Below, piece by piece: positions 34,754 to 42,967 of a stretch of DNA of 64,000 bases. The DNA comes from Egicoccus sp. (GTDB lineage Bacteria; Actinomycetota; Nitriliruptoria; Nitriliruptorales; Nitriliruptoraceae). Below the pieces are notes generated by a model that saw nothing but the letters and a program-made list of their open reading frames with translations, was not told the origin of the DNA and ran no database searches. Location of the stretch: assembly GCA_035462025.1 (NCBI GenBank), contig DATHUR010000130.1, positions 1,575 through 65,574 on the forward strand. Direction: 5' to 3'. The stretch's first letter is position 1. Every line of letters starts with the position of its first letter. A program made the position numbers and the translations under genes.

Positions 34754-36688
34754 GTGAGCATGCGCGGCGACGGGGGCCGGCAGGGTTGGCCGCGGGGTGG
34801 ACATCATGGCCCGACCTCGCTGCTGCCCAAGATCATGGCTGCCTTCCTGGCGGTGCTGCTGCTGGCGAGCGTGGTGACCCTGGTCCTCGAGACCCGGCTC
34901 ACGCGCCAGGCGCTGCGGGCACAGGCCCACCTGATGACGGTCGAGCAGGGCAACGCACTCGACATCGAGATCCAGCGCGACAGTCGACGCACGAGGACGC
35001 TGCTGAGCACGCTGACGCAGCAGGCCCTGACCGATGCCGCGTCGTCCGGCGGCTTCGAGCGCCGCCTGTCCGACGTGCTCTCGGCGGCCGGCACCAGCGA
35101 CAGCGACCTGGAGGTGGGCGCGGTCCTCGACCTGCGGAGCGGGCAGGTCCGCCTGCGGCTGCCCGCGCGGACCACCCTCGCGCCGCTGACCGAGACGCAA
35201 CTCGGGACGGTCGGTCCCGCCGACGTCCGTGGCCAGCGCGTGGTACCGCTCCAGAACGGCGGGTTCGGACTCGTCTACGCCCTGCCCTTCCGCCGCCTCG
35301 ACGAGCAGTTGCTGGTCGCGGTCGGCTACGCCCTCGACGAGGTGCATGCCCGCGAGACCGCGCGCCTCACGGGGGTGTCGCGTGTCGAGATCGTCGTCGC
35401 CGGCGAGGTGGTCGCGTCCTCGGACGGGACGGGGGTCGGCGGGCCGCCGCTGGGGGATCCGCTCCTGCAACGTGAGACCCAGCAGGCCGACGACGGCCGC
35501 CTCGTGCGCTACGTGGCCATCGGTGCCGAGCGGAACTGGGGCGAACAGGCGGCGATCGGCCTGGTCTCGAGCGACCCGCTCGCCGCGCTCGACGCCCGCC
35601 TGACCCGGACCCGGGTGCTGATGGTGACCCTGCTGATCGCGCTCGGCGGTGCGTTGTCGTTCCTGTTGGCACGGGTGATGACCCGCCCGATCCGGGTACT
35701 CACCGAGACCGCGACCACGATCGCCGGCGGGGATCTCGAGGAGGCCTTCGAGATCGACCGGCGCGACGAGATCGGCACGCTGGCCGGCGCCCTGGAGCGG
35801 ATGCGGCGCGCCCTGCGGGCGCAACTGCTCGTGATCCGGCAGCAGGCCGAGGCGCTGCAGGAGGCGGCGCGACGCATCGTGGGGGTGCAGGACGCCGAAC
35901 GGCGCCGGATCGCCCAGGACCTGCACGACGGGATCCAGCAGCGGCTGGTCGTGCTGCGCATGCAGGTCGGTGCCGCCCGCGAACGGCTCCGGCACCAGCC
36001 CGACGACCTCGAGGAGGTCACCGACGGCCTGGCCGGTTCGATCGACGACATCCTCGCCGAGTTGCGCGCCACCGGCCAGGCCCTGTTCCCGTCGATCCTG
36101 GGTGACCGCGGCCTCGACGGTGCGTTGCACAGCCTCGCCGGCCGCTCCGACGGCCCGATCGACGTGACCCTGCACCCCGATCCGCTGCCGCGTTGCGACG
36201 AGGCGGTCGAGACCAACGCCTACTTCCTGATCTCCGAGGCGGTCGCCAACGCGCTCAAGCACGCCGACGCCGACCGGATCCGCGTCGACGTGCGCCACGA
36301 GGGCGACATGCTGCGCATCCGTGTCATCGACGACGGCATCGGCTTCGACCCGGCGGCCGAACGCCGGGCAGGCGGCGTGGTCCACCTGCGCGACCGGGTC
36401 AATGCGCTGGGCGGGTCGCTGCAGTTGCTGTCGCGGCCGGGCGAGGGGACCGCGATCACGGCCCTGCTACCCCTGCGCCCGTCAGTCGCGGGCGGCGGGG
36501 AGCGGAGCGGGCACGCAGGGGGCTCAGTCCCTGGAGCGTTGGAGATAGAACAGGACGGCGGCGACCCGGCGGTTGAGGTCCATCTCCTCGGACAGGCCGA
36601 GCTTGCGGAAGATGGAATTGGTGTGCTTCTCGACCGACCGGTCGGTGATCGAGAGTTCCCGGGCGATGGCGAGGTTCCCCCGGCCTGA
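34754..36688 (+). CDS. sensor histidine kinase (HAMP + HisKA_3, NarL-partner class)
   Basis: TM MAAFLAVLLLASVVTLVL. HAMP. H-box RRRIAQDLHDGIQQRL. HATPase ISEAVANALKHA...IDDGIGF...GGSL. Start is uncertain (GTG 34754, ATG 34760 or 34835). The frame stays open about 60 codons past the ATPase domain. Confidence 0.8.
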   Translation: MSMRGDGGRQGWPRGGHHGPTSLLPKIMAAFLAVLLLASVVTLVLETRLTRQALRAQAHLMTVEQGNALDIEIQRDSRRTRTLLSTLTQQALTDAASSGGFERRLSDVLSAAGTSDSDLEVGAVLDLRSGQVRLRLPARTTLAPLTETQLGTVGPADVRGQRVVPLQNGGFGLVYALPFRRLDEQLLVAVGYALDEVHARETARLTGVSRVEIVVAGEVVASSDGTGVGGPPLGDPLLQRETQQADDGRLVRYVAIGAERNWGEQAAIGLVSSDPLAALDARLTRTRVLMVTLLIALGGALSFLLARVMTRPIRVLTETATTIAGGDLEEAFEIDRRDEIGTLAGALERMRRALRAQLLVIRQQAEALQEAARRIVGVQDAERRRIAQDLHDGIQQRLVVLRMQVGAARERLRHQPDDLEEVTDGLAGSIDDILAELRATGQALFPSILGDRGLDGALHSLAGRSDGPIDVTLHPDPLPRCDEAVETNAYFLISEAVANALKHADADRIRVDVRHEGDMLRIRVIDDGIGFDPAAERRAGGVVHLRDRVNALGGSLQLLSRPGEGTAITALLPLRPSVAGGGERSGHAGGSVPGALEIEQDGGDPAVEVHLLGQAELAEDGIGVLLDRPVGDREFPGDGEVPPA

Positions 36689-37198
36689 CGCCATCAACGC
36701 CAACACCTCGAGTTCCCGGGGCGTCAGCCCGGCCAGCTTCGACGCGGTCCGCCGCCGTTGGGCCTCGAGCAGGCCCTCGACGATGCGGGGGTCGAGGATC
36801 GAGCCGCCGGCCTTGACCTCCTCGATGGCCTGGACCAGGCGTTCGGCGTCACCGAGCCGTTCCTTGAGCAGGTACGCGACGCCCTCGGAGCCGTGCTTGA
36901 GCAACTCGAGCGCATACTCGGGGTCGGCGTGCTGCGAGAGCACGACCACGCCGGTTCCCGGCCGCTCGGCCCGGATGCGGTGGGCGAGTTCGATGCCCTC
37001 GGTCGTGAAGGTCGGGGGCATCCGGATGTCGAGCATCACCACGTCGGGGTCGTGCCGCTCGAGCAGCTCGAGGACGCCGGCCGGATCCGCCGCCGCACCC
37101 AGCACGTCGAGGCGGGGGTGCGCAGCCAGCACCGATCGTGCGCCCTCCCGCACGAGATAGTCGTCCTCGGCGATGAGCAGGGTCGTTCGCTGCGTCAC
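36524..37198 (-). CDS. NarL/LuxR-family response regulator
   Basis: GTG 37198 after aggaaaggg. LLIAEDD, DVVMLDIRMP, and LuxR HTH LTPRELEVLALMASGRGNLAIARELSITDRSVEKH. Confidence 0.88.
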   Translation of the reverse strand: MTQRTTLLIAEDDYLVREGARSVLAAHPRLDVLGAAADPAGVLELLERHDPDVVMLDIRMPPTFTTEGIELAHRIRAERPGTGVVVLSQHADPEYALELLKHGSEGVAYLLKERLGDAERLVQAIEEVKAGGSILDPRIVEGLLEAQRRRTASKLAGLTPRELEVLALMASGRGNLAIARELSITDRSVEKHTNSIFRKLGLSEEMDLNRRVAAVLFYLQRSRD

Positions 37199-37246
37199 CG
37201 TGCCCTTTCCTGTCGGCCGCAGGCTAGGTCCAAGCAACCACGGATG

Positions 37247-37275
37247 TTGCGCGCAATGGTGGTGCTAGCACCACC
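37247..37275. promoter_or_regulatory. adjacent perfect palindromes upstream of the LuxR-type regulator
   Basis: ttgcgcgcaa (37247..37256) and ggtggtgctagcaccacc (37258..37275), 49-77 nt upstream of the regulator start. Confidence 0.4.
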
Positions 37276-37454
37276 TCGGCAAGTCACGTAGGGGCACGGT
37301 TCCCGGTGCTCCCTGTACGTGCGACCATGGCCAGGCGCTCGGCACGGCAACCTGCCGGACTCCCCGGTTGAGCCAGGGCGCGGACGGTGAGGGGCCTGCC
37401 GGTCCGGTGGCCGCACGGGGGGCGGTCACGGCCGGCAGGCACCGTCCGCGACAC

Positions 37455-38300
37455 TCAACCAGGGAGTCCGGCCTGCTCGTGTTCGCGGGGCGCTTCGGTT
37501 CCGCCCTCGCGGCGACGGTGGCGTTGCCACAGCCACGCGAGGTAGGTCACCAGCGCGATCGTCGCGAACGCGTGCCACTGCACGGCATAGGACAGGTGGT
37601 TCGCCTCGTCGAGCACGGGTGGCGCCGGCGGGACCGGGAGGGTGTCGAAGGCCACCTCGTCGTCGGTGCTCCCCCCGGGGCCGACCGCGCTCGGCTGCAG
37701 ACGCAACACCATGGGGTACAGCGCACCGTCGACCTGGCGGTCGAGTCGGGCCGTGTCGGTGTGGAACACCCGCTCGAGCACCCCGTCGTCGGGGTCCTGC
37801 GGCCCGAAGCCGGGTTGGGGGACGGGCCGCTCGAGGATGCCCTCGACCGCGACCGTCCCGCCCGGCGGCGCCGCTTCCTCGACCGGGGGCTGGTCCATCG
37901 TGGGCGGGACGGTGCCGCGCCGGACCAGCACGACGCCGCCGTCCTCGAGTTCCAGTGGCGTCAGCACCCCGAACCCCGTCTGGCCCGGGTGGGGCTGGTT
38001 GCGCTGCAGGACCTCCTGGTCGACCCGGTAGGTCCCCACGGCCCTTGCCCGGCGGAACTCGAGCGCCTCCTCGTCGACCGGTGCGTCGACCAGGTCGGCG
38101 AGGTCGAGCGGCGTGGCCTCGAGACGCTGCTCGAGCAGGGCGTTGTTGGCCCGCACCTGGGCCAGGCGGTCGAGCTGCCACTGGCCGAGCGCCACGCAGA
38201 CCACGACCACGGTCAGCACCAGTACGTGGCTGATGAGCAGCGCGGACCGGCGCAACATGTTCCTGAGCATCGCCCCAGCGTATCGACGCGCACCCTCCAT
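37455..38300 (-). CDS. SURF1 family cytochrome oxidase assembly protein
   Basis: N-terminal TM followed by LGQWQLDR. C-terminal NHLSYAVQWHAFA plus a second TM. Start could be Met11. Confidence 0.8.
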   Translation of the reverse strand: MEGARRYAGAMLRNMLRRSALLISHVLVLTVVVVCVALGQWQLDRLAQVRANNALLEQRLEATPLDLADLVDAPVDEEALEFRRARAVGTYRVDQEVLQRNQPHPGQTGFGVLTPLELEDGGVVLVRRGTVPPTMDQPPVEEAAPPGGTVAVEGILERPVPQPGFGPQDPDDGVLERVFHTDTARLDRQVDGALYPMVLRLQPSAVGPGGSTDDEVAFDTLPVPPAPPVLDEANHLSYAVQWHAFATIALVTYLAWLWQRHRRREGGTEAPREHEQAGLPG

Positions 38301-38356
38301 CCTGTCCGCGGGCGGGTGCGTACCGTGGCGGCCGCCCGCGCCGTGAGGAGTCCGAC

Positions 38357-39274
38357 GTGCACACCCTCCACCACCGTGACGGCCACCACGGCTGGGACCG
38401 GTCGCTGCCCGCCCGCATCGCGCTCGACCCCGGCGACACCGTCGAGTTGGTGCTCGCCGACTGCTTCGGTGGCCAGCTCGGTCACGACGCCACCGGCGCC
38501 GACGTGGCCCGCCTCGACCTCGACCTCGCCAACCCGCTCACCGGACCGGTCGCGGTCCGCGGGGCCATGCCCGGCGACGCGCTGCGCATCGAGATCCTCG
38601 ACATCGTGCCCGGGCCGGTCGGCTGGACCACCCTGATCCCCGGGTTCGGGCTGCTCGCCGACCACTTTCCGGACCCGCACGCCGTCCTGTCGCGCATCGA
38701 GAACGGACACGTCGACGTCGGTGACGGCCTGGCGCGCCTGCCCGCCCGACCGTTCCTCGGCACGATCGGCGTGGCACCCGCCGAACCCGGCCCCCACGGC
38801 GTGATCCCGCCACGCCGGGTCGGCGGCAACCTCGACTGTCGCGACGTTCGCGCCGGCGCCGTGCTGGTGCTGCCCGTCGAGGTGGCCGGCGGGCTGCTGT
38901 CGGTCGGTGACCCGCACGCGGCGCAGGGTGACGGCGAGGTGTGCGGCACCGCCGTCGAGACGACCGCGACGGTGCGCCTGCGCATCGGCCTGGCGCCCGG
39001 ACAGGCGCCGCCCGCCCCGCAACTCGAACTGCCGACCTCGCCCGCGCGGGTCGTCGGCCCGCGACTGGTGACCACCGGGGTCGGGCCGGACCTGCACGCC
39101 GGTGCCCGCGACGCCACCCTGGCCATGATCGAGCGCCTCGGCCGCGACCACGGGATCGACGCCGCCGATGCCTACGCGCTGTGCTCGGTCGCCGCCGACC
39201 TGCGCATCATCGAGGTCGTCGACGCCCCGAACTGGGTCGTGGGGATGGACTTCTCCCTCGACGTGCTGCGCTAA
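38357..39274 (+). CDS. acetamidase/formamidase family protein
   Basis: NPLTGPVAV.GA.PGD, GGNLDCRDV, VGDPHAAQGDGEVCGTA motifs of the FmdA/AmdA family. Confidence 0.8.
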   Translation: MHTLHHRDGHHGWDRSLPARIALDPGDTVELVLADCFGGQLGHDATGADVARLDLDLANPLTGPVAVRGAMPGDALRIEILDIVPGPVGWTTLIPGFGLLADHFPDPHAVLSRIENGHVDVGDGLARLPARPFLGTIGVAPAEPGPHGVIPPRRVGGNLDCRDVRAGAVLVLPVEVAGGLLSVGDPHAAQGDGEVCGTAVETTATVRLRIGLAPGQAPPAPQLELPTSPARVVGPRLVTTGVGPDLHAGARDATLAMIERLGRDHGIDAADAYALCSVAADLRIIEVVDAPNWVVGMDFSLDVLR

Positions 39275-40971
39275 CCCGCACCGCCGACCCGGACGTCGCG
39301 CGCGCCCATGCGGGCGGCGTCGGCGGTGTGGTCGTCGGGCATGCGCTGCGACTCGACCTCGGCGGCCACCCGGGCGTCGTAGTGCTCGATCTCGCGCGCG
39401 ATGTCGTCCTCGTCCCAGCCGAGCACGCCACCCATCAGCGGGGCGACGTCGCGCGCCGCGGCCAGGCCGCGGTCGAACGTCTCGATCGAGATGCGTGTGC
39501 GGCGGGTGAGCAGGTCGTCGAGGTGCAGCGCGCCCTCGTGGCTGGCCGCGTAGACCGCCTCGACCCGGAGGTAGTCCTCGGCACCGTCGATGCGCTCGCC
39601 GAGTTCGGGCCGGTCGGCGAGCAGGTCGAGCACCTCGGTGACCAGCGAGCCGTAGCGGCCGAGCAGGTGCTCGATGCGACTCGGATGCAGGCCGACCTCG
39701 TCGGCCAGGCGGTGCCGCCGGTTCCACAGCGCGTGCCAGCCGTGGGCGCCGAGCAGCGGCGTGCGGTCGGTGACGCAACGCGGAACCCGCTGGGGCAGGT
39801 TGCGGGCCGCCGCGTCGACGGTGTCCTCGGCCATCACGCGGTAGGTGGTGTACTTGCCCCCGGCGATCGTGATCATGCCCGCGACGGTCTGGGCGACGGC
39901 GTGCTCGCGCGAGAGCTTGCTGGTGGCCTCGGACTCGCCGTACAGCAGCGGGCGCAGGCCGGCCTGCACGCCTTCGACGTCGGCATGGGTCAGCGGCGTG
40001 CGCAGGACCCCGTTCACGCGGTCGAGGAGATACTGGATGTCGCGGGCCGAGGCGGCCGGGTGGGCGAGGTCGAGGTCCCAGTCGGTGTCGGTCGTGCCGA
40101 TCAGCCAGTGCCGGCCCCACGGGATCACGAACAGCACGCTGGTCTCGGTCCGCAGGATCATGCCGCTGTCGGCGTGGATGCGGTCCTTGGGCACCACGAG
40201 GTGGATGCCCTTCGAGGCACGCACCCGGATCCGGCCGCGGCCGGCCATCTCCTGGATCCGGTCGGCCCACACGCCGGTCGCGTTGATCACCTGGCGGCCC
40301 CGGACCCGGATGTCCTCGCCGCCCTCCTGGTCGCGGGCGACGACGCCGACCACCCGTTCGCCCTCGCGCAGCAGGTCGGTCACCCGGGTCGAGGTCAGGA
40401 TCGTCGCGCCGTACGACGCGGCCGTGCGGGCCAGTTCCATCGTGTGTCGCGCGTCGTCGACCTGGGCGTCCCAGTAGCGGACGGCGCCGGTCAGCGCGTC
40501 GCCACGCAGGGCCGGCACCAGCCGCATCGCCTGGCGGCGGGTCAGGTGCTCGTGGTGGGGCAGGTGGCGTGCCCCGCCCAGCGTGTCGTAGAGCGTCACG
40601 CCGGCGGCGACGTAGGCGCGTTCGGCGAAGCCGTGCCGAAGCGGATACAGGAACGAGACCGGGCGGACCAGGTGGGGCGCGAGTTCGGTCAGCAGCAGCC
40701 CCCGTTCGCGCAACGCCTCGCGGACGAGGCCGAAGTTGAACTGTTCGAGGTAGCGCAGGCCGCCGTGGATCAGCTTCGACGACCGGCTCGAGGTGCCGGC
40801 CGCGAGGTCACGCTGCTCGACCAGCGCCACCGACAGGCCCCGGGTGGCGGCGTCGAGGGCGATGCCGGCACCGGTGACGCCGCCGCCGACGACCACGAGA
40901 TCGAACGTCTGGGTGCCCAGGCGTTCGAGGTCGGCGCGACGGCGCGCGGGCGAGAGAGCGGCGGGCTCCAC
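39271..40971 (-). CDS. glpD: FAD-dependent glycerol-3-phosphate dehydrogenase
   Basis: DLVVVGGGVTGAGIALDAATRG, TSSRSSKLIHGGLRYL, and the C-terminal GlpD-type helical domain. Confidence 0.88.
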   Translation of the reverse strand: MEPAALSPARRRADLERLGTQTFDLVVVGGGVTGAGIALDAATRGLSVALVEQRDLAAGTSSRSSKLIHGGLRYLEQFNFGLVREALRERGLLLTELAPHLVRPVSFLYPLRHGFAERAYVAAGVTLYDTLGGARHLPHHEHLTRRQAMRLVPALRGDALTGAVRYWDAQVDDARHTMELARTAASYGATILTSTRVTDLLREGERVVGVVARDQEGGEDIRVRGRQVINATGVWADRIQEMAGRGRIRVRASKGIHLVVPKDRIHADSGMILRTETSVLFVIPWGRHWLIGTTDTDWDLDLAHPAASARDIQYLLDRVNGVLRTPLTHADVEGVQAGLRPLLYGESEATSKLSREHAVAQTVAGMITIAGGKYTTYRVMAEDTVDAAARNLPQRVPRCVTDRTPLLGAHGWHALWNRRHRLADEVGLHPSRIEHLLGRYGSLVTEVLDLLADRPELGERIDGAEDYLRVEAVYAASHEGALHLDDLLTRRTRISIETFDRGLAAARDVAPLMGGVLGWDEDDIAREIEHYDARVAAEVESQRMPDDHTADAARMGARDVRVGGAG

Positions 40972-41090
40972 GGACGACCTCGACGGCGGGGACGGGTGGG
41001 CCGGTCAGCGTAGGTCACCCGTTGGCCCCGGCACGGCCGTCTAGCGTGCCGCCCGGTCGGCGCATCCGCGCCAGGAGGCAGGACGGGCAC

Positions 41091-41897
41091 ATGCACACGC
41101 ACCGTTATGGACCGTCGCGGGACCAGGTCGCCGACCTGTGGCTGCCAGACGGCGACGTGCCCGAGACCGGGTGGCCGGTCGTCGTGCTGGTCCACGGCGG
41201 GTTCTGGCGTCACCAGTACGTGCGCGCGTTGACCGAACCGCTGGCACGCGACCTCACCCGCCGCGGGTTCGCGGCCTGGAACCTCGAGTACCGCCGCGTG
41301 CCACCACCCGACGAGGTGATCGACGCGGCCGATCGCGGCGGGTGGCCGGCCACCCTCGCCGATGTCGCGGCCGGCATCGACCGCCTGGTCGACCTCGACG
41401 CGCCGCTCGACCTCGCCCGCGTCGCGTTCGTCGGGCACTCCGCGGGCGGCCACCTCGCCCTGTGGGCCGCCGGACGCACGCGGCTGCCCGACGGTGCCGT
41501 CGGCGCCGCTCCGCGACTGCGCCCGGCGGCGGTCGTGGGCCTGGCGCCGGCCGCCGACCTGCGCGCCGGTGAGCGCGACGGCATGGGCAGCGGCGCGATG
41601 GCCGCGTTGCTGGGCGGCGGTTCCGATGACGTCCCCGAGCGCTGGGACCTCGCCGACCCGGTGCGCCTGGTCGGCCACGGCGTGCCGGTGCTGCTCGTCC
41701 ACGGCGACGAGGACGAGTCGGTGCCGCCGTCGCAGTCGCAGTCCTACGCCGAGGCGGTCCGCGCGGCGGGCGACGAGGTCGAGGTGGCGACCGGCCCGGC
41801 CGAGCACATGGACGTCATCGATCCGGACGAACCGCTGTGGCAGCGGGCGGCCGCATGGCTCGCACACCGGTTCGAGGTGCCGACCGTCACGCCGTGA
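41091..41897 (+). CDS. alpha/beta hydrolase (esterase/lipase-like)
   Basis: VVVLVHGGFW oxyanion region, nucleophile elbow GHSAGGH, late LLVHGDEDESVP and His. Confidence 0.78.
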   Translation: MHTHRYGPSRDQVADLWLPDGDVPETGWPVVVLVHGGFWRHQYVRALTEPLARDLTRRGFAAWNLEYRRVPPPDEVIDAADRGGWPATLADVAAGIDRLVDLDAPLDLARVAFVGHSAGGHLALWAAGRTRLPDGAVGAAPRLRPAAVVGLAPAADLRAGERDGMGSGAMAALLGGGSDDVPERWDLADPVRLVGHGVPVLLVHGDEDESVPPSQSQSYAEAVRAAGDEVEVATGPAEHMDVIDPDEPLWQRAAAWLAHRFEVPTVTP

Positions 41898-41912
41898 TCC
41901 ATCCGAGCCCAC

Positions 41913-42746
41913 CTACCCGGTGAGCTCCCCCGCGATCACGGTCACGGCGTGCCCACCGACCAGGACGCGGCCGCCCTCGATCCGGATGCGCAGGCGGCCG
42001 CCGCGGCGCGAGACCTGCCGGGCGGTGAGGGTGTCGCGGCCGAGTTCGCCGGCCCACCACGGGCCCAGCGTCGCGTGCGCCGAGCCCGTGACCGGATCCT
42101 CGTCCACGCCCAGGGCCGGAGCGAAGTAGCGCGAGACGAAGTCCTCGTCGCCGTCGGCCGCTGCGGTGACGATCAGTCCGCCGCTGCCGAGTGCGGCGAC
42201 CTCGGCCAGGTCCGGCTCGAGGTCGCGCACCGCGGCCTCGTCGGGCAGCAGGACCACGTCGTTGGTCTGTCCGGTCCCGGTGTCGTCGTCACCGGCGTTG
42301 CCGGCGGTCCGGCCGAGGTAGCGCGCCCCCCTAACCCGCAGGGCCGACTCGAGGCGGGCCGGCGCGGGGTTGGCGACGACCGGCCAGGCCGGGAGGTCGA
42401 GCATGATCTGCCCGTCGTCGGCCGCGGCGGTCAGCACGCCGACCCGGGTGTGGAAGCGCAGCGTGGCGTCGCCGGCGGCCAGGCCGTCCTGCCACAACAC
42501 GTGGGCCGTCGCGAGCGTCGCGTGGCCACACAGGTCCACCTCGGTGGTGGGGGTGAACCACCGCAACCGCCAGTCCTCGGGCGCCGTGGTGTCGGCCACC
42601 ACGAAGGCTGTCTCGGAGACGTTGACCTCGGCGGCGACCGCCTGCATCCACGCCACCGGCTGCGGCCGGTCGAGCAGCACGACCCCGGCCGGGTTGCCGG
42701 CGAAGGCCGTGTCGGTGAACGCATCGACCAGGCGGAACGGTGGCAT
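41913..42746 (-). CDS. PhzF family isomerase
   Basis: ATG at Met14. FRLVDAFTDTAFAGNPAGVV, NVSETAFV, DLCGHATLA, DPVTGSAH. Confidence 0.85.
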   Translation of the reverse strand: MPPFRLVDAFTDTAFAGNPAGVVLLDRPQPVAWMQAVAAEVNVSETAFVVADTTAPEDWRLRWFTPTTEVDLCGHATLATAHVLWQDGLAAGDATLRFHTRVGVLTAAADDGQIMLDLPAWPVVANPAPARLESALRVRGARYLGRTAGNAGDDDTGTGQTNDVVLLPDEAAVRDLEPDLAEVAALGSGGLIVTAAADGDEDFVSRYFAPALGVDEDPVTGSAHATLGPWWAGELGRDTLTARQVSRRGGRLRIRIEGGRVLVGGHAVTVIAGELTG

Positions 42747-42967
42747 GGGTCGGCTTTCGGTGGTATCGGGCGGGGCACCATCCAACTACGTCTTGCCGAC
42801 GGGACTGGCCGTCCGGACAGTGTTCGAGGGTTGAGGGTGGGCCGGGTGGGCGACACGCTCGCAGCAACGACGCGGCCAGACCAAGGACGGCCGCACCGGA
42901 CCGGGCAGCGTCGGTCACCGCCGTGACGGTGGGGCGTGCGCTGCGTGGCGAAGGGACACCCACCCAC

